Notes under the pieces: generated by a model
The model's input: the letters and a program-made list of their open reading frames with translations, nothing else
Databases searched by the model: none
What the model was told of the DNA's origin: nothing
Assembly: GCA_964019335.1 (NCBI GenBank)
Contig: OZ025733.1
Location: 124,001-188,000 of the forward strand
Direction: 5' to 3'
From: Diplonema japonicum
Lineage: Eukaryota; Protista; Euglenozoa: Diplonemea
Length of the DNA stretch: 64,000 nt
In this document: one piece after another, positions 57,501 to 64,000 of the stretch
How positions within the stretch are numbered: position 1 is the first letter of the stretch
Layout of the letters: each line of letters opens with the position of its first letter
Program-made: the position numbers and the translations under genes

Positions 57501-59010
57501 CAGCATCCCCTTCCGCGACGCGGAGCCCGTCCTCGTCTCCTGCGGGGTGTGGGAGATCAAGCGAACCTGGAAGGTGCAGCCGCACTACAAGGACTGCGGG
57601 GAGGACTTCGACGCCTACCCGGACTCCCTGACGACGACGCGCGTGCAGACGATCACGGTGGAGGACCTGTTCGCTCCCGAGTTCATCGAGACCCCCGAGG
57701 CGGACCAGTTCGTGCACTTCCTGTCCGACTACGGCCCGTCGGTGACGGGGGTGCCCCTCGTGGAGGACATCGCGACCCACGCGGACATGGCGGCCCTGAA
57801 CCTCGTGTCCTACCCGATCAAGCTGGAGTACGCGGACGTCGCCTTCGACTACCACAGCGACACGCAGAGCTGCAGCGAGGGGCTCGCCGCCGTGACGAGG
57901 AGGTGGACCACCCGTGACCGCTGTGAGACGACGGCGACCTGGGAGCAAGTGGTGCGCGTGCAGCACCCCCGCTCGGAGGGCGGGATGGGGGAGATCGGGA
58001 ACGCGACCCAGTTCCAGGCCTTCTCCGTCGGGGACGTCCACCTGGAGAACACGACCGTCGGAGACGTCGGCTCCGTGGAGGACGTGACCTTGAGGAGGAG
58101 CGTCGCCGACAGGGTCGTCGCCGGGATCGCGGAGCCGCTGACGGACCACTGCGGGATGCCCGTCCAAGAGCTCGGGGACAGCGCAGCCGACAACATCACC
58201 GACTTCTCGGAGGCGCTCCTGAACCTGCCGCCCCTCCGCACCGGGGCCATGAAGATCACCTGCCCCGATCAGAACCAGTCCCTCTGCGTGGTCGACATGC
58301 TGACCCCCAACACGACGACGAAGGTCACCATCGACGACAAGGACAACATGCTGCTGGAGGGGGACGGCGACCTGTACAACATCTTCTCGGTCTCGGGGAA
58401 CGAGTGGCTCATCCCGACCCCGCACCCGGTGCACCACAGCTGGTGGGGCTGGGACCACTGGCACACGCACAAGTACCACAAGGACGTGTGGAGGACGGAC
58501 CCGAAGCCCACGATGACGGTGCGGGCCTCCGGCTGGGTCATCATGAACATCGAGTACGGACACCTGGACCACAGGCTGGACACCCTGAGGGACACCGTGT
58601 TCGAGGGGAGGTCCCTCGGGGCACCCTTCACCATCTACAACATGAAGCAGATCTGCGAGAGCCACGACGACTGGCACAGGGAGAGGGAGTGCAGGTACAT
58701 CCACCACTGGTGGGGCTGGCACCACTGGCACCACCCCGTGCACCACCACCCCGGCCACCACCATTATGGACACCACGGACACCACACCTGGAACTGGCAC
58801 TCCCACTGGAAGGGCTTCCACGACACCACTATGCTCCTGAAGAACGTGACCTTGCACGGTACCCTCGTCACCCAGGATGAGAGGGTTAGGCTCGAGATCG
58901 AGAAGTCCGAGGTCTACGGGCAGGTTATATCTGCTGGGCGCAAGCTGTACTTGGAGGACACGCAGTTCCACTGCAACCTCTTCCCTGTCAATGCCCCGTG
59001 CCCACAGTAA
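51541..59010 (+). CDS. 2489-aa secreted mosaic protein (PTPV and APDT linkers, Cys-rich repeats, long beta-rich region, HYR-like repeats, choice-of-anchor-A-like C-terminus with His/Trp-rich inserts)
   Basis: Signal peptide; (PTPV)n; two [18 protein letters not shown] repeats; repeats of the type [11 protein letters not shown]...QT and QTITVED..APEF; no TM anchor; very high GC3. Confidence 0.9.
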   Translation: MVRSRMPLLLWGASLLVVLAGAQDSAPTTTTTSEPLTVFSLASSLADTVDAYRGQVADALTNTGKELVEALGVKDEIEAMVENLEQLNNLKDTAMSGADDMIAFFEGDDMASYTDELSNLGSTLMPYVRAFTGQCNTSVASASRKALILEARENHLQRSAAGARSGVVLSRNCDQTAFQCPLFTVTVGFSVSYTRLRKGSFSFTPSVGIAASAGVDTAPSADWYKHLFGGVGLGWGVGVSWEWTPAPVVPTPIPTPVPTPVPTPVPTPVPTPVPTPVPTPVPTPVPTPVPTPVPTPVPTPVPTPVPTPVPTPVPTPAPTKGDPCTSDNDCGLDERCLNGNCAPECASDNDCGLDEVCSHGQCAPETTTNKNRRSLQQHQQQVESREGEVLATPPTEKKGWFANTEFEVALSVDWFANAGAYSGFAFTVGMDMPNIVQATTGIEGVTIVLTHPHWRCFEKVDRDTWWGDVKFGGFGLTVKSVEIPKDLKTADVTKKISGAIDGLKDLVKTSLKDLITGWKEQKKAAITDAAGNKWSGIGFNFGMAATLADSIVKGDSLVYDPSSCPVNTKSPPGPPPTAVPTVAPATKAPPTNAPDTDAPPTNAPDTNAPDTDAPDTQAPDTTASSSSGSTRELLDATTDFNNFLKLLKPVVQEGEISMPFCLGECSNPTPTTSISGVGRIGQPPTCNGVEAGVWVDQITMANIAYLVTSNFDRDVAKALDAILSPVLSFGIQDTKLALAATTTGVKLYAVGSPKLPDVLEGDFLEVIADVAGSFRVSASAELQFVGSAVLELRVGTDPDTSESNFAIVNTAGTLGMSIYIQFEHVFGGIPTQTLGVNIPLKICVERCSEVYANRYFLFLIGDLSLVVSPTAQLVRGTLTMDGWWYRALGLPFLHIGDITLGAEWDLKSPLPTGFTLGGAVCLGKEDNCKTDTQPFIEGRTYVGVSATLPEDNFFIAMVSELTIGGVIDLVSEYVPALDTVSIPGKLGESGIYPFDKDYKTKCAGKLDGYANATTLDLECFAFFSFSPIKEQRLSFRSGDVVIPAGVALQGRLNFLGWEIAIELAVSKTRFYINAWMDPVDLDIGGFKMRIGNRLENKVAVGGARFLVDLQVAPSPSALIDIGGAFDIPMLDSYGYLNVTLNADIFSFSAGIDLFGGALSSHVNVTWNWDLTFFKMELRDMNFLEIVKIKQVLFMYDLRAPIPYAIFQCKIQVLFVNLEAKVEVNGNEIDFAVTLDLALVETTVSGHAKISPKGFEDSEFDISVSVSLGDVGQAILDGINDACKAVAKVATEAWNFVEGKVQALWNGITDVFDNALSAIKNAVGAFLNSIEDVIKDVVGALKKVPVLGKIVEAGEKLLDGDFEGAAQSFGSAIGIFSTEGHKIVDAGGKNEYGCKYVKEQWRECWCHGLCAFGKTCKTKSGSKYAEPKCMEDVALAAAEVKTKSDKMAKKRGVIDDSKEINPGLQSIGAGAAVPMPSLQKSTVAVPFGSNPAAAAGGFSGGVKQFGGKGSGGGLSSSEQGVSLSNMPFDFTTQASYDASVENTQNRMVTAMKDKALEKQGGMGNDISSEAGLVTRKPPVLGAATSYTFRCDQPINLDSLKPQPVFIDPACTSGAVVVMLRKTTLPTSQFPNRICGTYFLEVVWQLQDNPACGGTSAEVKQIITVEPAPPAFSFFPADAHINTQQTLDPTVLGIAEGESPCKQEFDIFSVDSEPKAVEGECGKWTIERKWTIVPYFSDAVCTGTFADSSSRVQTIYIADETAPVFTYTPEGEVEVPFFENFRSANPIPLTEEQTHADFAGMNLVSEPTTTTSVDGPLARQSVKLEDEPTCRDRGLAQQTRTWTTTDKCGNSRTFQQTVKLQHPPTALTTTQGWTPSQQLFAYWVGVSQLPDVCHAGKETVGGPKGFKPLDDSATATHACAVDDDAAAAWTEDGCRRLGPETPAYTEQVYSEPPRFVSFPSDITINTTHSLHPDSGLGRPTGAAYCGTPLSIPFRDAEPVLVSCGVWEIKRTWKVQPHYKDCGEDFDAYPDSLTTTRVQTITVEDLFAPEFIETPEADQFVHFLSDYGPSVTGVPLVEDIATHADMAALNLVSYPIKLEYADVAFDYHSDTQSCSEGLAAVTRRWTTRDRCETTATWEQVVRVQHPRSEGGMGEIGNATQFQAFSVGDVHLENTTVGDVGSVEDVTLRRSVADRVVAGIAEPLTDHCGMPVQELGDSAADNITDFSEALLNLPPLRTGAMKITCPDQNQSLCVVDMLTPNTTTKVTIDDKDNMLLEGDGDLYNIFSVSGNEWLIPTPHPVHHSWWGWDHWHTHKYHKDVWRTDPKPTMTVRASGWVIMNIEYGHLDHRLDTLRDTVFEGRSLGAPFTIYNMKQICESHDDWHRERECRYIHHWWGWHHWHHPVHHHPGHHHYGHHGHHTWNWHSHWKGFHDTTMLLKNVTLHGTLVTQDERVRLEIEKSEVYGQVISAGRKLYLEDTQFHCNLFPVNAPCPQ

Positions 59011-60320
59011 GAGAAAAAAAAGAAGAAGAAGAAGAAGAAGAAGAAGAGAGGAATCTGAATTCTCCCCAATTTCTTCTTCTTTTTTTTTTTTTTTTAATTT
59101 TTTTATTATAGTTTTTTCTTAATTCTTCTAAAAACACGTTTCAAAAAGAAAAAAAAGAAAAATTACCTTCCAAATTACTTATGAAAACTGTCATCATAGG
59201 GAAAAGAAAAGAAGGAGATCCCCTTTTGTTTTGCTCAAAATCAGGGTTTTCAAAGAGCTTTCTTCTTCTTTTTTTTTTTCTTTCTCTTCCTTCTTTATTT
59301 GTTCTGTTTTTTTTTTTTTTTTTTTTTTTTTTTTGTTTGCAATTAAACGACGGTTTGATTTTTATTCCTCTCCCTCCCTCCCCTCCTTTTTTTTTTTAAA
59401 GTGGGATTGGCCCTTAAATGGCCTTGTTCTCCCTCCCCCACGTCCCCAGCTCTTCCCCCCCCCCCCCCCCCCCGTTCTTTCATCCTTTCACTCTCTGTCC
59501 CTTCAAAGTTTTGAAAAAACTTTTGAAAGGGATTCACTTTTTCCCTCTTTCCTCTCTAAAAGAAATTTGTAGACGCGGGATAAATGATGATTGCCTCTCA
59601 TTCGTTTTCTTTCTTTGTTTCTCCCCCCTCTTTTTTTTTTAATTCCTAGTAGAGTTTCTTCAGAGAAAAAAAAAAAAAAGAGAGAAGAAAACCACAAAAC
59701 ACACACCGGCTTACGGACAGTCTCGTATTGTTGTGGGTCAGTTCAACAGAAATTATTCTAGATAACACTTCGAGAAGGAGTATAACCACAGGGCAGTCAG
59801 ATGCAACCATCCTGCCTTGGGCTTCTTTATCATGCTTTGTAGTCTGTGAAAGAGGGCCAAGAAAGAAAGAAAAAAAAACCCCCCCCTTTTTTTTTGGCTC
59901 TCGTTTTCTGTTGTTGTCTGGCTCCGGACTGTTCTTTTGGGTGTATTGTACCTTTTTTTCTTTCTTCTCTCTTCTCTTTTTTTTCTGATTCTCTACGAAA
60001 AAAAGGAAACAAAAAAAAAAAAAAGAAAAAAAAAACAAAAAAAAAGAAGAAGTTTTGAGTATTCATTTGTTCAAGGTCCCTCCCAACCGAAGGAAGTAAG
60101 TACTAAAAAAAAAAAAAAAAAAATGTCTTTCTTACTTCTTTTTCTCGAAATGCTCGTTCGTTTTGTTTCTTCCCCGGCCAGACTTTTATTGTGTTGTGTG
60201 TGTATTTTTCTCATCTTGAGGAAAACCACATTTCTTTTTTTTTGTCTGACTCCTTTTCTTTTTTAAACCTCTTCTTTTTTTCTCTCTTTTTTTTTTAATT
60301 CTTTTTTTTTTTTCTTCCCA

Positions 60321-60354
60321 CAGGGGCGCCACCAACACTGGCCTCCTTTATCTC
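60321..60354 (+). repeat. Orphan tail A module, followed across a T tract by tail E
   Basis: ggggcgccaccaacactggcctcctttatctc matches 14069-14100 and 1345-1374. Confidence 0.7.
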
Positions 60355-60358
60355 TTAT

Positions 60359-60390
<32 letters not shown>

Positions 60391-60588
60391 CCCGTGAGCA
60401 CTCCGCTGCACACTGAAACTTTATCGAATTAATTCTTTTTTTTCGAAATCATAGTAGAACCGATACTCGCCGTCGTTGACCATTTTTTGGAACCTCAGAG
60501 TAAACTTTTTTTTTCCTTCTTCTTTTTCCTTCCATATTTCACTTGACCACCACAACACAACACAACAGGTTGCAACACACACACTAAG

Positions 60589-60621
<33 letters not shown>

Positions 60622-60652
60622 CCCATCACCACCCAAAAAAAAACCACACGAA

Positions 60653-63600
60653 ATGGTCAGAAGCCGCATGCCGCTTCTGCTGTGGGGTGCTTCTCTGCTT
60701 GTCGTTCTTGCAGGAGCACAGGACTCAGCACCGACAACAACAACGACCTCGGAACCTCTGACAGTGTTCTCGCTGGCCTCGTCGCTGGCGGACACGGTGG
60801 ACGCCTACAGGGGGCAGGTTGCGGACGCCCTCACGAACACGGGGAAGGAGCTGGTGGAGGCGCTCGGGGTGAAGGACGAGATAGAGGCGATGGTGGAGAA
60901 CCTGGAGCAGCTGAACAACTTGAAGGACACGGCGATGTCCGGTGCAGATGACATGATCGCCTTCTTCGAAGGTGACGACATGGCTTCCTACACGGACGAG
61001 CTCTCGAACCTTGGGAGCACGCTGATGCCATACGTCCGCGCCTTCACCGGGCAGTGCAACACGTCGGTCGCCTCTGCCAGCAGGAAGGCTCTGATCCTGG
61101 AAGCGCGGGAGAACCACCTGCAGAGGAGTGCGGCGGGGGCGCGCAGTGGTGTGGTCCTCAGCAGGAACTGCGACCAGACGGCGTTTCAATGCCCGCTCTT
61201 CACGGTGACGGTCGGCTTCAGCGTCTCGTACACGCGCTTGAGGAAGGGGAGCTTCTCCTTCACCCCTTCGGTAGGGATCGCTGCAAGCGCTGGGGTGGAC
61301 ACTGCGCCGAGCGCCGACTGGTACAAGCACCTCTTTGGAGGAGTTGGTCTTGGGTGGGGGGTCGGAGTGAGTTGGGAATGGACCCCTGCACCTGTGGTCC
61401 CAACACCCATCCCAACACCCGTCCCCACACCGGTTCCTACCCCTGTTCCTACACCGGTTCCCACCCCTGTCCCTACTCCAGTCCCCACCCCTGTTCCAAC
61501 ACCTGTTCCAACACCTGTTCCTACTCCTGTTCCTACTCCTGTCCCTACACCTGTCCCTACCCCTGTTCCCACACCTGTCCCTACACCGGTCCCCACCCCT
61601 GCCCCCACAAAGGGTGACCCGTGTACCTCGGACAACGACTGCGGGCTGGACGAGAGGTGTCTGAACGGGAACTGCGCGCCTGAATGTGCTTCCGACAACG
61701 ACTGCGGGCTGGACGAGGTGTGCTCGCATGGGCAGTGTGCACCCGAGACGACGACGAACAAGAACAGGAGGTCTCTCCAACAACACCAACAACAAGTAGA
61801 GAGTAGGGAGGGTGAGGTGCTCGCGACGCCGCCAACAGAGAAGAAGGGGTGGTTCGCCAACACGGAGTTCGAGGTGGCGCTCTCAGTGGACTGGTTCGCG
61901 AACGCCGGGGCCTACAGCGGCTTCGCCTTCACTGTCGGGATGGACATGCCGAACATCGTACAGGCGACGACCGGGATCGAGGGGGTGACGATCGTGTTGA
62001 CGCACCCGCACTGGAGGTGTTTCGAGAAGGTGGACAGGGACACATGGTGGGGCGATGTGAAGTTCGGGGGTTTCGGACTGACGGTGAAGTCGGTGGAGAT
62101 CCCGAAAGACCTTAAGACCGCGGACGTGACCAAGAAGATCAGCGGGGCGATAGACGGGCTGAAGGATCTGGTGAAGACGTCGCTGAAGGACTTGATCACT
62201 GGTTGGAAGGAGCAGAAGAAGGCTGCCATCACCGACGCGGCGGGGAACAAGTGGTCTGGGATCGGGTTCAACTTCGGGATGGCAGCGACACTGGCGGACT
62301 CGATCGTCAAGGGGGACAGCTTGGTCTACGACCCGTCTTCGTGCCCTGTAAACACGAAGAGCCCGCCTGGGCCTCCCCCTACCGCCGTGCCCACCGTTGC
62401 TCCTGCCACGAAGGCCCCCCCCACCAACGCCCCGGACACCGACGCTCCCCCTACGAATGCCCCGGACACCAACGCCCCGGACACCGACGCCCCAGACACG
62501 CAGGCGCCCGACACGACGGCCTCCTCCTCATCAGGCAGCACCAGGGAGCTTCTAGACGCAACAACGGACTTCAACAACTTCCTGAAGCTGTTGAAACCAG
62601 TCGTGCAAGAGGGTGAGATATCGATGCCTTTCTGCCTCGGAGAGTGCAGCAACCCGACCCCGACGACGTCGATCTCAGGGGTGGGGAGGATCGGGCAGCC
62701 CCCTACCTGCAACGGGGTGGAGGCAGGGGTGTGGGTGGACCAGATCACGATGGCGAACATTGCCTACCTGGTGACAAGCAACTTCGACAGGGACGTCGCG
62801 AAGGCGCTGGACGCGATCCTGTCGCCCGTGCTCTCCTTCGGGATCCAGGACACGAAGCTCGCCCTCGCGGCGACAACAACGGGGGTGAAGCTGTACGCGG
62901 TCGGGTCCCCGAAGCTCCCCGACGTGCTGGAGGGAGACTTCCTGGAGGTGATCGCTGATGTCGCGGGGAGCTTCCGGGTGTCGGCGAGTGCGGAGCTGCA
63001 GTTCGTCGGGTCGGCTGTGCTGGAGCTGCGCGTGGGGACGGACCCGGACACGTCGGAGAGCAACTTCGCGATCGTGAACACGGCGGGGACGCTCGGGATG
63101 AGCATCTACATCCAGTTCGAGCACGTGTTCGGGGGGATCCCGACACAGACCCTCGGGGTGAACATCCCTCTGAAGATCTGCGTGGAGCGCTGCTCGGAGG
63201 TCTACGCAAACCGCTACTTCCTGTTCCTCATCGGGGACCTGTCGCTGGTGGTGAGCCCGACGGCGCAGCTGGTGCGCGGGACCCTCACCATGGACGGGTG
63301 GTGGTACCGCGCCCTGGGGCTCCCCTTCCTGCACATCGGAGACATCACGCTCGGGGCGGAGTGGGACCTGAAGTCCCCGCTCCCGACCGGGTTCACCTTG
63401 GGGGGTGCGGTCTGCCTTGGAAAGGAGGATAACTGCAAGACGGACACCCAGCCCTTCATCGAGGGCCGCACCTACGTCGGGGTGAGCGCGACCCTCCCGG
63501 AGGACAACTTCTTCATCGCGATGGTGTCGGAGCTCACCATCGGCGGGGTCATCGACCTCGTGTCGGAGTACGTGCCTGCCCTGGACACGGTGTCCATCCC

Positions 63601-64000
63601 GGGGAAGCTCGGGGAGTCTGGGATCTACCCCTTCGACAAGGACTACAAGACGAAGTGCGCGGGGAAGCTGGACGGCTACGCCAACGCGACCACGCTTGAT
63701 CTGGAGTGCTTCGCCTTCTTCTCCTTCAGTCCTATCAAGGAGCAGAGGCTCTCCTTCAGGAGCGGAGACGTGGTGATCCCTGCGGGGGTCGCCCTGCAGG
63801 GGCGTCTGAACTTCCTCGGCTGGGAGATCGCGATCGAGCTCGCGGTGAGCAAGACGCGCTTCTACATCAACGCCTGGATGGACCCGGTGGACCTCGACAT
63901 CGGAGGGTTCAAGATGCGGATCGGGAACCGTCTGGAGAACAAGGTGGCGGTGGGCGGGGCGAGGTTCTTGGTGGACCTGCAGGTGGCGCCGTCCCCGAGC
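60653..64000 (+). CDS. Second tandem copy of the 2489-aa secreted protein (runs off the window end)
   Basis: Appears identical to 51541 onward at offset 9112, including ~120 nt upstream. All overlapping ORFs in the track recur unchanged. Confidence 0.92.
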   Translation, partial: MVRSRMPLLLWGASLLVVLAGAQDSAPTTTTTSEPLTVFSLASSLADTVDAYRGQVADALTNTGKELVEALGVKDEIEAMVENLEQLNNLKDTAMSGADDMIAFFEGDDMASYTDELSNLGSTLMPYVRAFTGQCNTSVASASRKALILEARENHLQRSAAGARSGVVLSRNCDQTAFQCPLFTVTVGFSVSYTRLRKGSFSFTPSVGIAASAGVDTAPSADWYKHLFGGVGLGWGVGVSWEWTPAPVVPTPIPTPVPTPVPTPVPTPVPTPVPTPVPTPVPTPVPTPVPTPVPTPVPTPVPTPVPTPVPTPVPTPAPTKGDPCTSDNDCGLDERCLNGNCAPECASDNDCGLDEVCSHGQCAPETTTNKNRRSLQQHQQQVESREGEVLATPPTEKKGWFANTEFEVALSVDWFANAGAYSGFAFTVGMDMPNIVQATTGIEGVTIVLTHPHWRCFEKVDRDTWWGDVKFGGFGLTVKSVEIPKDLKTADVTKKISGAIDGLKDLVKTSLKDLITGWKEQKKAAITDAAGNKWSGIGFNFGMAATLADSIVKGDSLVYDPSSCPVNTKSPPGPPPTAVPTVAPATKAPPTNAPDTDAPPTNAPDTNAPDTDAPDTQAPDTTASSSSGSTRELLDATTDFNNFLKLLKPVVQEGEISMPFCLGECSNPTPTTSISGVGRIGQPPTCNGVEAGVWVDQITMANIAYLVTSNFDRDVAKALDAILSPVLSFGIQDTKLALAATTTGVKLYAVGSPKLPDVLEGDFLEVIADVAGSFRVSASAELQFVGSAVLELRVGTDPDTSESNFAIVNTAGTLGMSIYIQFEHVFGGIPTQTLGVNIPLKICVERCSEVYANRYFLFLIGDLSLVVSPTAQLVRGTLTMDGWWYRALGLPFLHIGDITLGAEWDLKSPLPTGFTLGGAVCLGKEDNCKTDTQPFIEGRTYVGVSATLPEDNFFIAMVSELTIGGVIDLVSEYVPALDTVSIPGKLGESGIYPFDKDYKTKCAGKLDGYANATTLDLECFAFFSFSPIKEQRLSFRSGDVVIPAGVALQGRLNFLGWEIAIELAVSKTRFYINAWMDPVDLDIGGFKMRIGNRLENKVAVGGARFLVDLQVAPSPS

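Noticed and set aside
53563-58971. Long antisense ORFs (731 and 997 aa) opposite the giant secreted gene
   Set aside because: Expected shadow of very high GC3 on the sense strand. Translations are R/V/G/P-rich with no domain signal.
1152-60795. Numerous poly-K/poly-F/poly-P ORFs and N-terminal extensions in the ORF track
   Set aside because: They are translations of homopolymer spacers. True starts were taken at the ATG following the A runs.

Overview
Eukaryotic (protist) genomic DNA, most plausibly a euglenozoan such as a diplonemid. This is an inference from the unidirectional gene cluster, the gene families and the beta-1,3-glucan synthase architecture. About 17 credible protein genes all lie on the + strand, separated by spacers very rich in A/T/C/G homopolymers. 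They are: two tandem secreted choloylglycine-hydrolase/penicillin-V-acylase genes partly homogenised by gene conversion, a LamG-like/Thr-stalk multi-TM protein, an EDR2_C (DUF1336) protein, two coiled-coil proteins, a CLC channel, a PDZ-like 4-TM protein, an EF-hand NADPH oxidase, a ~3716-aa GT48 glucan synthase fused to two apparently catalytically dead glycoside-hydrolase domains, a tandemly duplicated 2489-aa secreted mosaic protein, and several hypothetical proteins. Short (42-61 nt) A-rich GT-AG introns, missed by the ORF track, sit at the 3' ends of three genes. The most striking non-coding signal is a family of ~300-nt non-autonomous retroelements. Four near-full copies at 29.7-34.6 kb all begin exactly at G1 of an HDV-like self-cleaving ribozyme, carry interchangeable 3' tails and end in T tracts. 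One copy is fused directly behind a 5S rRNA copy. The spacers also hold orphan 3'-tail modules, a degenerate LINE-like 3' fragment, an LSU rRNA fragment, MITE-like inverted-repeat elements and palindromic elements.
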